A DNA stretch of 64,000 nucleotides from an uncultured Chloroflexia bacterium (GTDB lineage: Bacteria > Chloroflexota > Limnocylindria > Limnocylindrales > CSP1-4), in assembly GCA_963734535.1 (NCBI GenBank), contig CAVTHS010000007.1, positions 192,001 through 256,000 on the forward strand, given 5' to 3'. Within the stretch, counting starts at the first letter, position 1. Every line of letters begins with the position of its first letter. Of the stretch, positions 47,208-57,441 are shown piece by piece. The notes below the pieces were generated by a model. The model saw nothing but the letters and a program-made list of their open reading frames with translations. It made no database searches and was not told where the DNA came from. Made by a program: the position numbers and the translations under genes.

Positions 47208-48583
47208 CTCGCTGTCGCCGCCTGGGCGGTCGCCGCCGGGGCGCTCGCCGCCGGCAGCTCGGCGCGAACGGTCGTCGGTCCGCCATCCGGGCTGTCGACG
47301 GACAGGGCGCCGTCGAGGGCCTCGACGCGACCGGCGAGGCCGGCAAGCCCGCCGGCGGGCAGGATCCGCGCGCCCCCGGCGCCGTCGTCCCAGACCTCCA
47401 CCACGAGGCGGCTCGCCTCGCGCCGGCAGCGGATCTCGCAGCGGCCGGCCGACGCGTGCTTGGCGACGTTGGCAAGCGCCTCCGCCACCACGAAGTACGC
47501 CGCCCGCTCGGTCGCGTCCGGCAGCCGCTCGCCGGCGGCCAGCGTGCTCTCGACGAGCGTCGGCACCGGGCAGCGGCCCGCGATGTTGCTCAGCGCCGCG
47601 ACCAGGCCGCGGTCGAGCAGGATCGGGGGTGCGATCCCCCGCACGAGGTCGCGCAGCTCGGCGAGTGCCAGGCGGGCCTGGTCCTGTGCCTCGATGACGA
47701 GCGCGCGGGCGGCTGCCGGGTCGGTGTCGAGACGCTCCGCGGCAAGGCCGAGATCGATCGTCAGCATCACCAGGCGTTGTTGGGCGCCGTCGTGCAGGTC
47801 GCGTTCGATCCGGCGCAGCTCATCCGCCTCCACGTCGATGACGACCTTTCGGCTCTCCTCGAGCGTCTCGACGCGGCGCTGAAGCTGGCGCTGCTCCGAA
47901 TCGCACAGCAACCCGGCCACGACCGCGCGATGAAGCGTCATCAGGCCCTGCGAGACGGAGGCGGCGATCGGGGCCACGATCAGGCCGGCCAGCCCGCCTG
48001 CGATGGCAACGGCGGCGGGGATCGTCGACGTCCCGGCCGCGCCGGGAGCGAGGCTCGAGGTGAGGAACCAGAGGGGCAGGGAGAGGAGCGCGAGGGAGGC
48101 CCCCCACAGCAGGACCGTCACGATGAACTCGAGGATCGTGAGCGGAAGGGCGACGCCCACGTAGACGACGTCGAGCCAGCGGCTCGGATCGCCGAACTCG
48201 GCGAAGGCCAGGTCCCGCCAGCCGCTGCCGTACGGACGGTAGGCGTGCGGTCGGAGCGGCCGTGGGTCGGCCAGGCCGGCCCGCCATCGCTCGATCCGGG
48301 CCAGCAGCCGAGACGCCTCGACCGCCAGGCCCATGATCACCACGCCGATTCCGACGACGAGCAGGGATGCGCCCGTCGAGAAGATGCCGACGATCACGCT
48401 GAACGAGAAAAGCTCCACCCAGAACCCGAGCAGGATCGAGAGAGTGGCGTACCAGGAGGATGGGTGGAGCGGCGAGAGGAGGAACGTGCCGATCGCGCCG
48501 CGGCTCCGCCCCCTGACCCGAGCGCCCAGGAGGGCGCTCAGGACCAGGAGTGATCCGAGGACGACGAACGGCGCGCCGATCAC
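47204..48583 (-). CDS. Membrane sensor histidine kinase (HisKA_3)
   Basis: TM sensor region; 'IERDLHDGAQQRL', 'EALANVAKH', 'DDGAGG'. Confidence 0.92.
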   Translation of the reverse strand: MIGAPFVVLGSLLVLSALLGARVRGRSRGAIGTFLLSPLHPSSWYATLSILLGFWVELFSFSVIVGIFSTGASLLVVGIGVVIMGLAVEASRLLARIERWRAGLADPRPLRPHAYRPYGSGWRDLAFAEFGDPSRWLDVVYVGVALPLTILEFIVTVLLWGASLALLSLPLWFLTSSLAPGAAGTSTIPAAVAIAGGLAGLIVAPIAASVSQGLMTLHRAVVAGLLCDSEQRQLQRRVETLEESRKVVIDVEADELRRIERDLHDGAQQRLVMLTIDLGLAAERLDTDPAAARALVIEAQDQARLALAELRDLVRGIAPPILLDRGLVAALSNIAGRCPVPTLVESTLAAGERLPDATERAAYFVVAEALANVAKHASAGRCEIRCRREASRLVVEVWDDGAGGARILPAGGLAGLAGRVEALDGALSVDSPDGGPTTVRAELPAASAPAATAQAATAS

Positions 48584-49143
48584 GGCTGGAAGGAGCCGCG
48601 GCGGAGGGAGCCTGCGAGCAGGGCGAGACCCAGGCCCACGAGCAGCGCCGGGCCGAACCACGCGACGCCGGCCCAGCCGGGGATCACCGTGTTCGCCAGG
48701 GCGAACGCACCGAGGACGATCAGGAGGACGCCGGCATAGAGGCCCCCGCGCCCGCCTCGGCGGTCCTCCGGACGCTGGTCGTGCCACGGGGCCTGCCACG
48801 CGGAGCCGGCCGGCCCGGCTCCGGGCTGCGCCCCGGTGCCGGGCTCATCGACGGCGCCCACTGCCGCGTCGCCCTGGTCGGGGACGGAGCCGGCGGCCGG
48901 AGGGGCGCCCCATGCGGGACCGGCCGGGTGCCACGATCCGGGTCCGGGAAGCGTGCCCGGCTCGAGCGGCATGACGAAGGCGAGGATGATGTAGAGCAGG
49001 ATCGTGAAGCCGCCGAAGAAGGCCGACACGATCCACAGGATTCGGACGAGCGTCGGATCGAGCTCGAGGTATTCCGCCACGCCGGCGGCGACGCCCGCGA
49101 GCTGCCGGTCGCGACGGCAGCGATAGAGACGACGGGGGTTCAC
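48580..49143 (-). CDS. pspC: PspC domain protein with C-terminal TM hairpin
   Basis: 'RLYR...DRQLAGVAAGVAEYLELDPTLVRI'. Confidence 0.9.
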   Translation of the reverse strand: MNPRRLYRCRRDRQLAGVAAGVAEYLELDPTLVRILWIVSAFFGGFTILLYIILAFVMPLEPGTLPGPGSWHPAGPAWGAPPAAGSVPDQGDAAVGAVDEPGTGAQPGAGPAGSAWQAPWHDQRPEDRRGGRGGLYAGVLLIVLGAFALANTVIPGWAGVAWFGPALLVGLGLALLAGSLRRGSFQP

Positions 49144-50099
49144 TGGCAGCCTCCTGCAGGATTGATGTCCACGCTACCAACGTTGGCCGTGATGGTCACG
49201 TCCGCGTGGTGGTTTGCCATCGAATAGCCGGGGCTCTCCCACGTGTCACCGTTGCGGATGAGCCCCGTGTAGTGCGTCGCGGCCAGGACGTTGGTGGCGC
49301 GGACCCGCAGGCCCAGCTCGTTCGCCGCGCAGATCCTGAGCGAGCCGGCGCTGACCGAGAGGTCCGCGCCGAAGTCCGCGGCCGTCGGGAGGCGAACCGA
49401 AGCCGAGGCCGCGTTCACGCTCATCGAGAGGTCGGCCATCGTCGCCCCGGTCAGGTCGACCCTGGCTTCCCCGGCGTTCACGGCCAGCCGCACGTTCCCG
49501 AGCTGCGCGCCGGTGAGGTCGAACCGGCCTCGTCCCGCGTTCACCTCGGCCGTGAGGTCGAGCCTGCTGGCAGCCGGCAGCGAGAGTCGCCACACGTCGC
49601 CGCCACGGCTGAAGCCGAACGGCCGTCGCTGGCTCGAAGACGTCACCGAGAGCCGATCGGCCGAGACGTCGACCGCGGCGATCCCGCCCGAAGCGTTGCC
49701 GGCCTGGAGCTGCCAGCCGGTGCCCGGGGCGGTGGTGACCGAGAGATCGCCACACGCGAGCGTGAGGTCGACCGACGCGGCGCCGCCGAACGTACCCTGC
49801 CGCGTATCGAAGCTGGCGGGCTGGACACCACCGCAGTCCGGCACCATCCGCGGTACGGCGACGACCACTCCCCCGAGGAGGAGGCCGGGCATCGCGGCGG
49901 CGAGCATGCCGCCCGCCAGCCCGAACCTGGTTCGGCGCAGGAGCAGGCCGACGCCGAGGGCGATGACGGCCACGGGCCAGAGGCGCAGCGCCTGCGCCAC
50001 GAGATCGTTGCTCATGGCGTCGCCCTGCGCGACGAGCGTCACGGCTCCCGCCGCGACGAAGAAGACCCCCCAGTAGAGGAACCGGCGATTCACGGTCAT
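49140..50099 (-). CDS. LiaF-like membrane protein with beta-helix (toast-rack-like) domain
   Basis: 'LRLWPVAVIALGVGLLL' TM region; repeated 'VNAG...DLTG' strands. Confidence 0.75.
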   Translation of the reverse strand: MTVNRRFLYWGVFFVAAGAVTLVAQGDAMSNDLVAQALRLWPVAVIALGVGLLLRRTRFGLAGGMLAAAMPGLLLGGVVVAVPRMVPDCGGVQPASFDTRQGTFGGAASVDLTLACGDLSVTTAPGTGWQLQAGNASGGIAAVDVSADRLSVTSSSQRRPFGFSRGGDVWRLSLPAASRLDLTAEVNAGRGRFDLTGAQLGNVRLAVNAGEARVDLTGATMADLSMSVNAASASVRLPTAADFGADLSVSAGSLRICAANELGLRVRATNVLAATHYTGLIRNGDTWESPGYSMANHHADVTITANVGSVDINPAGGCQ

Positions 50100-50279
50100 C
50101 GTGTGCTGCCTCCAGGCCGTCCATCGGTACGTGCGGTCGGCGGCTGCCGGGCATCGTGCCGGGCGCTGGCGCCGTCCCGCCCGGCCCACCAGTCGGGCCA
50201 GGTCCGATCGCGTTCGATGTCCACGACACTAGGGTTCGAGGAGGCGGCCGGCCAGCCGGGCACCCGGCATCTTCTGGGT

Positions 50280-50291
50280 GGGGCTAGCCCC
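50280..50291. promoter_or_regulatory. Palindrome, putative binding site of the NarL-type regulator
   Basis: Perfect GGGGCTAGCCCC about 50 nt upstream of a minus-strand TAGTGT -10 element (50231-50226). Confidence 0.5.
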
Positions 50292-50382
50292 CCGGTGCGC
50301 CAGCCGAGACGGACCGCGCGGTCGGCTCCGGGCCACGGTGACGTCCCCGTCCGCCTCGTGACGAGTCGTCATGTCCGCGCCG

Positions 50383-50408
50383 CCATCCGGAGGGACGCTA
50401 ACGCCGAA
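50383..50408 (+). promoter_or_regulatory. SigK (ECF19)-type promoter of heliorhodopsin
   Basis: CCATCC-N15-CCGAA, matching the mycobacterial SigK consensus, 35 nt upstream of the ATG. Confidence 0.7.
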
Positions 50409-50443
50409 CGTGGTGATGAATGGATACGAGGAGGACACGCCAC

Positions 50444-51280
50444 ATGTCAACCGTCCGCACCGGTGCTGGTGCGATCGCCGCTGCCACGCCCATCCCGGCG
50501 CAGCGAGCCCGCTCCCTGCGTCGCTGGAACCGCTTCCTGGCCCTGGCTCACGGAGCGCAGTTCGTGCTGATGCTCCTGGTCTCGCGGACGACGGCGCTGT
50601 TCGAGCCCGTCGTGCCGACGGTTCGGCCACTCCTGACGGATGGGAAGTTCACCGGACTCGAGCCTTCCAGCGTTCTCCTGGTCTCGTTCCCGCTGGCCTA
50701 CCTCATCGCGAGCTTCCTGCTGATGAGCGCGGTTGCCCACGCCACGGCCGGCTGGGTCCTGCGAGGCCGCTACGAGGCCTGGCTGGCGCGGGGGATGAAC
50801 CCACTGCGGTGGGTGGAGTACGCGTTCTCGTCGACCGTGATGATCGTCGCCATCGCGTACCTCAGCTTCATCACCGACTTCCCCGCGCTCGTCGCAATTG
50901 CCGGCTGCAACGTCGCGATGATCCTGTTCGGGTGGAGCATGGAAGCGGCCAACGAGGGCCGCGAGCGGATCGACTGGAAGCACTTCGTCTTCGGCTGCAT
51001 CGCCGGCGGCGTGCCGTGGATCGCGATCTTCTCCGTGCTGTGGGCATACTCGGCCCAGGCGGACCTGCCGGCCAAGGCGCAGATCCCGGGCTTCGTCTAC
51101 GTGATCATCGCGAGCCTGTTCGTCGCCTTCAACATCTTCGCCATCACGATGGTCCTCCAGTACCGGAAGACCGGCCGCTGGCGCGACTACCTCGTGGGAG
51201 AGAAGACGTACATGGTGCTGAGCCTGGTCGCGAAGTCGCTGCTTGCCTGGCAGGTCTGGTCCGGCACGCTCCGCCCGTAA
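50444..51280 (+). CDS. heR: Heliorhodopsin
   Basis: 'N...A.AH..Q' TM1, 'NPLRWVEYAFSS' TM3, 'GEKTYMVLSLVAKSLLAWQ' TM7 with retinal Lys (SxxxK); GAGGAGG RBS. Confidence 0.96.
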   Translation: MSTVRTGAGAIAAATPIPAQRARSLRRWNRFLALAHGAQFVLMLLVSRTTALFEPVVPTVRPLLTDGKFTGLEPSSVLLVSFPLAYLIASFLLMSAVAHATAGWVLRGRYEAWLARGMNPLRWVEYAFSSTVMIVAIAYLSFITDFPALVAIAGCNVAMILFGWSMEAANEGRERIDWKHFVFGCIAGGVPWIAIFSVLWAYSAQADLPAKAQIPGFVYVIIASLFVAFNIFAITMVLQYRKTGRWRDYLVGEKTYMVLSLVAKSLLAWQVWSGTLRP

Positions 51281-51429
51281 CGCGCCAGGAGGCACGCGGC
51301 TGACATACCGCGCGAGCAGGTCGGTCAGCGAACGGCGCCCCGCGTGCGCGCCAGGCGCTGCTCGGCCATCATCGCGCCATGCCGGTCGCCAGCCGGATCG
51401 CTGGCACGTGCAAGAGAAGGGAAGGTCCC

Positions 51430-52398
51430 ATGCCGTCGTCGGGTGTCGTGCGCTGGGGGATCCTCGGGCCGGGCTCCATCGCGGCGCGTTTCATGCGCAA
51501 CGCTCGCGAGGCAGCCCACTCCACGGTCGTCGCGGTCGGGAGCCGGACGCCCGAGCGAGCGGCGGCGTTCGCGGCGACGTTCGGGATCTCCCGCGCCCAT
51601 GGCTCGTACGAGGCGCTTCTCGGCGACGCCGCGGTCGACGCCGTGTACATCGGCCTCCCGAACTCGCTCCACCATCCATGGACCATGCGCGCGCTCGCGG
51701 CCGGCAAGCACGTGCTGTGCGAGAAGCCGTACTCGCGGCACCCGGCCGAGGTGGCGGACGCGTTCGACGCCGCGGACGCCGCCGAGCGCGTGCTGATGGA
51801 GGCGTTCATGTGGCGCCACACGCCGCAGGCCCGGCGGTTCGTCGAGCTGCTTCCCGAGGTCGGCAGGCTTCAGGCGATCCGCGCCTCGTTCAGCTTCCGG
51901 ATCGAGGACCAGGCCGACGTCCGACTCGCGGCCGATCTCGACGGCGGAAGCCTGATGGACGTCGGCTGCTATTCGGTCAGCGGCGCCCGCCTGGTTGCCG
52001 GATCGGAACCGCTCCGCGTCCTCGGTGAGCAGACCCTGGCGCCCTCCGGGGTCGACATGACGTTCGCCGGCCTGCTGCGCTTCCCGGACGAGGTGATCGC
52101 CACGATCACATCGGGCTTCACGTCCGACGACGCATCCCTCGAGGCGGTCGGGGATGCGAGCATTCTCGTGATGCGGTCTCCCTGGCAGGGCAAGGCGCGT
52201 GCGCTCTGGCTGGGAGATCGCGAGATCCCGGTCGCACCGGTCGACCCCTACCCGCTGGAGCTCGAGAACATGAGCGCGGCGATCCTGGGCGAGGCCCAGC
52301 CCCTGCTGGGGCGTGATGACGCCATGGGCCAGGCGCGGGCGATCGCGGCGCTCTACGAGTCTGCGGCGTCAGGCGCGGCCGTCTCCGTCGAGCGCTGA
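51430..52398 (+). CDS. Gfo/Idh/MocA oxidoreductase
   Basis: 'WGILGPGSIA', 'GKHVLCEKP', 'GGSLMDVGCY'. Confidence 0.93.
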   Translation: MPSSGVVRWGILGPGSIAARFMRNAREAAHSTVVAVGSRTPERAAAFAATFGISRAHGSYEALLGDAAVDAVYIGLPNSLHHPWTMRALAAGKHVLCEKPYSRHPAEVADAFDAADAAERVLMEAFMWRHTPQARRFVELLPEVGRLQAIRASFSFRIEDQADVRLAADLDGGSLMDVGCYSVSGARLVAGSEPLRVLGEQTLAPSGVDMTFAGLLRFPDEVIATITSGFTSDDASLEAVGDASILVMRSPWQGKARALWLGDREIPVAPVDPYPLELENMSAAILGEAQPLLGRDDAMGQARAIAALYESAASGAAVSVER

Positions 52399-52421
52399 TC
52401 GCGCCACCAGGGGAGCGGCCC

Positions 52422-52763
52422 TCACGTCTCCGCCCGGCCCGCCGTCACCGCCAGGACCGCGCCACGTGCGTCGCCGCTGGCGCCAAGCCGGACCTGCACG
52501 CCCATGGCAGCCAGCATCTGCAGCATCGGATCGCCCATGTGGTCCGCGACCACGACCTCGGTGCTCTTCTCGCGGAGGAACCGGGCGACACGGGCATGGT
52601 GGCCACCCTCGGAGCCCGTGTCGTGGAGCGCGTCCCAGCCGACATCGATCTCGTCCCAACGCGCGATCGCTCCATCCTGGACGTCCGCGACGGCGAGGCG
52701 CGCCGCACGGCCCCAGCGCGGGTCGATCTCACCGGCCGGCGTCACCGGCACACACACGATCAT
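52422..52763 (-). CDS. NifB/NifX-family protein
   Basis: 'IDPRWGRAAR', 'HHARVARFL', 'VVADHMG'. Confidence 0.8.
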   Translation of the reverse strand: MIVCVPVTPAGEIDPRWGRAARLAVADVQDGAIARWDEIDVGWDALHDTGSEGGHHARVARFLREKSTEVVVADHMGDPMLQMLAAMGVQVRLGASGDARGAVLAVTAGRAET

Positions 52764-52948
52764 CAGGGTTGCTCCTCGCGCTGCCGTCATCCCGGGAAGC
52801 TGGCTGGGGCGACCGATGACCGGTGTCCCGGCGTGTCGGCCGTGGCCGGTCGATACCCACAGGCTACGGCAGAACCGCGGCTTCGACCCGGCGGGCCCCC
52901 GGTGGACCCCTTGCATCGAGATCGAGCGCCACCCTAGACTCCGCGCCC

Positions 52949-54169
52949 ATGGAGCATGCAGATGTCCTGGTCGTGGGGGGCGGGTCCGCCGGCCTCGCGG
53001 TGAGCCATGAGCTCGCCGGCCTTGGGATCGGCCACGTCGTCCTGGAGCGCGGCCGGATCGGCCAGACCTGGCGGGATCGGTGGGACAGCTTCTGCCTGGT
53101 GACCCCGAACTGGTCCGTGCAGCTCCCGGGCGGGGTCTACGCGGGCGACGATCCCGACGGTTTCATGCACCGCGACGAGATCGTTGGCCATCTCGTTCGA
53201 TACGCGGCCAATTCGGCGACGCCCGTCCGCGAGGGCGTCGCCGTCCGGACGATCGATCGCGGCCCTGGGGGCTTCGTCGCCCGGACATCGGCCGGCGACG
53301 TGCATGCCACCCGCGTTGTCCTGTGCACGGGAGCCTTCCAGCGCGCCCACCGTCCTGGCGGTGCCGGCTCGCTTCCGGCCGGCCTCCACCAGGTCGACAT
53401 CGAGGGGTTCCGCAACGAAGCCAGCCTGCCGCCCGGGCCGATCCTGGTCGTCGGGAGCGGGCAGTCGGGCTGCCAGCTGGCGGAAGAGCTGCGGGAGGCC
53501 GGCCGCGAGGTCGTCCTTTCGTGCGGGAAGGCCCCCTGGGCGCCCCGCCGGCTGGGCGGCCGCGACCTCGTCTGGTGGCTTCTCGAATCGGGCTTCCTGG
53601 ACCAGCCGGTGGCGGCCCTGCCTTCTCCTGCCGCCCGCCTCGCCGCGAACCCGCTGGCCACGGGCCATGGCGGCGGCCACGACCTGGACCTCCGGACCCT
53701 GCGGTCCATGGGGGTGGCGCTCGTCGGCCACTTCCTGGGGGCTGTGGGCACGCGCGCGCAATTCGCGGCGGACCTTGCCGACACGGTCGCCTGGGGCGAT
53801 GCGCGGTACCGCGAGCTGATGGCGCAGGTGGTCCGGGTCGCCTCCGAGCGCGGGCTGCCGCGACCCGAGATCGCCGATCCCGGGCCGTTCGACGGTGCGG
53901 CGCCGGAGGAGGTCTCGCTCGAGGGTTTCGGGGCGGTCGTGTTCGCCGGCGGCTTCCGCCCTGACTTCCGGTCGTGGCTGCCCTGGGCCGACGCATTCGA
54001 CGAGCTGGGCTTCCCGATCCAGGTCGACGGCGCCAGCACCGTGGTCGATGGCCTCTTCTTCGTGGGGACCCACTTCCTGCGGACGCGGAAGTCGTCGACC
54101 CTGTTCGGAGTAGGCGAGGACGCCGCGATCGTCGCGCGCGCGGTCGCCGCCCGCCTGACGGCCGGCTGA
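52949..54169 (+). CDS. Flavin-containing monooxygenase-like oxidoreductase
   Basis: 'GGGSAGL', 'RWDSFCLVTPNW', 'VGSGQSGCQLAEEL', 'GVGEDA'. Confidence 0.9.
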   Translation: MEHADVLVVGGGSAGLAVSHELAGLGIGHVVLERGRIGQTWRDRWDSFCLVTPNWSVQLPGGVYAGDDPDGFMHRDEIVGHLVRYAANSATPVREGVAVRTIDRGPGGFVARTSAGDVHATRVVLCTGAFQRAHRPGGAGSLPAGLHQVDIEGFRNEASLPPGPILVVGSGQSGCQLAEELREAGREVVLSCGKAPWAPRRLGGRDLVWWLLESGFLDQPVAALPSPAARLAANPLATGHGGGHDLDLRTLRSMGVALVGHFLGAVGTRAQFAADLADTVAWGDARYRELMAQVVRVASERGLPRPEIADPGPFDGAAPEEVSLEGFGAVVFAGGFRPDFRSWLPWADAFDELGFPIQVDGASTVVDGLFFVGTHFLRTRKSSTLFGVGEDAAIVARAVAARLTAG

Positions 54170-54303
54170 CCGCGCACCCGCGCAGGGGCGGGCCACTCGC
54201 ACCGCGGGGATTCCCCCGCCCGCGGGCCGGACGGCCCTTGATCGCGGTGGTCCGGCCGCGACGATTCGTCGAGCGTCCGCCCCCGACGAACCGGAGCACC
54301 TGG

Positions 54304-55419
54304 ATGAGCATGCGGCCACGGCTGCACTACCTCGACAACCTGCGGGCCTTCGCGATCATCCTGGTGATCGTGCTGCACGCGGCGATCACCTACATGGCCG
54401 ATCCGCCGTCATGGTGGTACGTCATCGACCCCGACCGGAGCGTCGTCTTCACCTGGCTCGTCCTCGCCGTCGACGTCCCGATCATGCAGGTCCTGTTCTT
54501 CGTCGCCGGGTACTTCGCGGTTCGTTCGCTCCAGCGCCGCGGGCCCCAGGGGTTCATTCGCGAGAAGGTCCTGCGGCTCGCGGTCCCGTGGATCCTCGGG
54601 GTCGTGCTGCTGGCACCGCTCGCGACATACATGAGCTACGTCTCGCGGGGCGTGCCCACGGGCTACCTGCAGTTCTGGACCTCCGACTTCTGGGGGCCGA
54701 TGTTCCAGCAGTCGGTCTACTGGTTCCTGGGCGTCCTGTTCGTCGCGTTCCTCGTCCTCGTCTACGCGTACGTCTACCCGGCACGATCGGCCCTGCAGGC
54801 CGAGTCGCCGCGAGTCGAGCAGCCGCGGGCCAGCCTGTTCCTCTGGTTCATCGTGCTGACGGCCGGCGGATCGCTCCTGGTGTCGCCGTACCTGGGACTC
54901 GACGACTGGCGGTCGCTCTCGTACCTGTTCGTCGTGCAGCCCGCCCGGGCCGCCTTCTACGTGGGGTACTTCGTCCTCGGCATCTACGCGGAGCGGCACG
55001 GCTGGTTCACGGAGGCCGGCTACCGGCCAGGGCTGGCGCCGTGGGGGGCGGGCTTTGTCGTCGCCGGCCTGGCCTACCTGTCCTTCCGGAATCTTGGCCC
55101 GGACCTGACCCTGCCGTCCAAGGCCCTCGAAGCCGCCCTGTTCAGCGCCTTCTGCCTGACCGGGCTCATCGCCGGCGTCGCCCTCTTCCGGCGCTGGGTC
55201 GACGGAGCCGGGCTGGCCTGGCGGACGCTCGCCGCCAACTCATTCGGCATCTATTACGTCCACCCGCTGGTGCTCTACCCGCTGGCGTACGTCCTCGTGG
55301 GAGTCGGGATCCCGGCGGTCGCCAAGCTCGCGATCCTCGTGCTCGCGACGCTTGTCGGGTCGCTCGTCGTGAGCGCGCTCGTCCTCAGGCGGGTTCCCGG
55401 GCTGCGGCGGATGTTCTGA
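54304..55419 (+). CDS. Acyltransferase 3 family membrane protein
   Basis: 'YLDNLR...LVIVLH', 'FFVAGYF', 'YWFL', 'SFGIYYVH'. Confidence 0.9.
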   Translation: MSMRPRLHYLDNLRAFAIILVIVLHAAITYMADPPSWWYVIDPDRSVVFTWLVLAVDVPIMQVLFFVAGYFAVRSLQRRGPQGFIREKVLRLAVPWILGVVLLAPLATYMSYVSRGVPTGYLQFWTSDFWGPMFQQSVYWFLGVLFVAFLVLVYAYVYPARSALQAESPRVEQPRASLFLWFIVLTAGGSLLVSPYLGLDDWRSLSYLFVVQPARAAFYVGYFVLGIYAERHGWFTEAGYRPGLAPWGAGFVVAGLAYLSFRNLGPDLTLPSKALEAALFSAFCLTGLIAGVALFRRWVDGAGLAWRTLAANSFGIYYVHPLVLYPLAYVLVGVGIPAVAKLAILVLATLVGSLVVSALVLRRVPGLRRMF

Positions 55420-55611
55420 CCGGACTCGCGGCGGACTCGCGCCCGGCGCGACCGGGCGCACGCCGGCACCGCCGCGACAGGCGCATCTCGGGCGATTGGA
55501 GGCGGTGCTCCGATGCAGAAGCTCAACCGTTCGAAGCTCCGCGATACCTCAGAGGGTCGAACGCGACGTTGAGCCCTCGGGCGCTCCTGGTGCTGCCCCT
55601 GCCCGCCAACC

Positions 55612-56364
55612 TCATCTGGCGAAGAGCGTCAGCGCCACCATGATCCCGACCGTCACGACCACGCCGCGCAGTACGAGGGGCGACATCCGCCGTCCGATGA
55701 CGGCGCCAACCTGGCCGCCCGCGATCGACCCGCCGGCGATGAGGGCCGCTGCCCACCAGTCGACAGGCGCGACGGCGATGAAGACGAGCGCGGCGACGGC
55801 ATTCACGACCAGCGCGAGGACGTTCTTGAGTCCGTTGAGGCGCTGCAGGTCATCGGGGACGAAGCTCGCGAGCAGGGCAATGAAGAGCACGCTCTGCGCC
55901 GCCCCGAAATAGCCGCCGTAGATCGCGGTCAGGTAGACGAGCCCGACAAGCACGCGGGAGTGCTCCGCGCTCTGCCGGCGATGCCGGGCGACGAATGCCG
56001 CCAGTCGAGGCTGGATGGCCATGAGGACGCTCGCGATGAGGATCAGGAACGGGACGATCCGGGAGAACGTGCTCGCGGGGAGCACCAGGAGGAGGAAGGC
56101 GCCGGTGATCCCTCCGAGCAGGGCGGCGACGCCGAGGCGAAGGACCCGTCGACCCTGTCCGGCGAGCTCACGCCGGTAGCCGACCACCCCGCTCGCCGAT
56201 CCCGGGACGAGGCCGACGGTGTTGGAGACGTTGGCCACGAGGGGTGGGAAGCCGAACAGGAGCAGCGTCGGGAACGTGACGAGCGAGCCCGACCCGACGA
56301 TGGTGTTGATCGTGCCCGCGGCGACGCCGGCCAGGACGATCGCGACCGCCTCCGGGGGGTTCAC
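55612..56364 (-). CDS. TauE/SafE-family permease
   Basis: 'AGTINTIVGSGSLVTFP', 'YGGYFGAAQ', 'NGLKN'. Confidence 0.9.
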   Translation of the reverse strand: MNPPEAVAIVLAGVAAGTINTIVGSGSLVTFPTLLLFGFPPLVANVSNTVGLVPGSASGVVGYRRELAGQGRRVLRLGVAALLGGITGAFLLLVLPASTFSRIVPFLILIASVLMAIQPRLAAFVARHRRQSAEHSRVLVGLVYLTAIYGGYFGAAQSVLFIALLASFVPDDLQRLNGLKNVLALVVNAVAALVFIAVAPVDWWAAALIAGGSIAGGQVGAVIGRRMSPLVLRGVVVTVGIMVALTLFAR

Positions 56365-56428
56365 GACGCTTCAGCGTTGCGTCTGACGACCATCGTCCTG
56401 TTCGCGTGGGGCGCGGCCGAAGGCCGGG

Positions 56429-57400
56429 TCACGAGATGTCGACCAGCACCTTCCCGGTGACGCGGCCTTCGACCGCTTCGTGCGCGGCGACGATCTCGTG
56501 CAGTGGGAAGTGGAGCTCGGGCAGCGGCACCAGGGCGCCGGCCTCCAGAGCCCGTGTGATGTCGGTCACGGCATCCATGATCTTCGACGGAGCGAGGTTG
56601 TAGACGAGGACGAACCGGAGCGTCGCATTGTTGACCATCAGGCCCCGGACGGGCAGCGTCGGATCGGCCGCGTCGCTCGCGTACGCGACGATCACCCCGT
56701 CCCGCGCGAGCACCTGGAGGTCGGTCGCGAGGTTGGTGCCGATCGCCACGTCGACGACACGATCGACGCCAGCCGGGGCAGCCGAGCGAACGCTGGCCAC
56801 GTGGTCGGGGGCGTGATAGTCGAAGACCAGCCGGGCTCCGGCGGCGAGTGCAAGGCGGCCCTTGTCCGCCGAGCTGACCGTCGCGAGCACCTCCGCGCCA
56901 CCCCACGCCGCGAGCTGGATCGCGGCATTCCCCACCGCGCCCGCGCCCCCGGTCACCAGGACGGAGCGACCGGTCACGGGTCCGTCGGCAAAGACGCAGC
57001 GATGGGCGGTGATGAAGGGAATGCCGAGTCCCGCACCCTGCGCATAGGAGATGCCGGGGGGCAGGGGAACCGCCTGGTCGGCCGGCACGCAGGTGTACTC
57101 GGCCGCCGTGCCATTGGGTCGCCCGGCGGCCGCGTGATAGACCCACACCCGCTCGCCGGCTCGCGACGGGTCGACGCCCGCCCCGACCAGGTCGATGTCA
57201 CCGGACCCGTCCTGGTTGGGGATCTGCCCGAATGTCGGTAGCTCGGGTCCTGCCGAGCGAACTTTCCAATCGGTCGGGTTCACTCCCGACACGCGGAGGC
57301 GGACACGCACCTCCCCGGGTCTCGGCATCGGGTCGGGCACGTCGATGATCTCCAGCACGCGCCGGGCCGGGCCCCGCTCGTGGTAGACGGCAGCTTGCAT
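56429..57400 (-). CDS. NADPH:quinone reductase (MDR family)
   Basis: 'SGVNPTDWK', 'GTAAEY', 'GGAGAVG', 'GKVLV'. Confidence 0.92.
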   Translation of the reverse strand: MQAAVYHERGPARRVLEIIDVPDPMPRPGEVRVRLRVSGVNPTDWKVRSAGPELPTFGQIPNQDGSGDIDLVGAGVDPSRAGERVWVYHAAAGRPNGTAAEYTCVPADQAVPLPPGISYAQGAGLGIPFITAHRCVFADGPVTGRSVLVTGGAGAVGNAAIQLAAWGGAEVLATVSSADKGRLALAAGARLVFDYHAPDHVASVRSAAPAGVDRVVDVAIGTNLATDLQVLARDGVIVAYASDAADPTLPVRGLMVNNATLRFVLVYNLAPSKIMDAVTDITRALEAGALVPLPELHFPLHEIVAAHEAVEGRVTGKVLVDIS

Positions 57401-57441
57401 CTCAGCCTCGCAGTCAATGCCCGGGTCGAGGGCGGTGGGAC

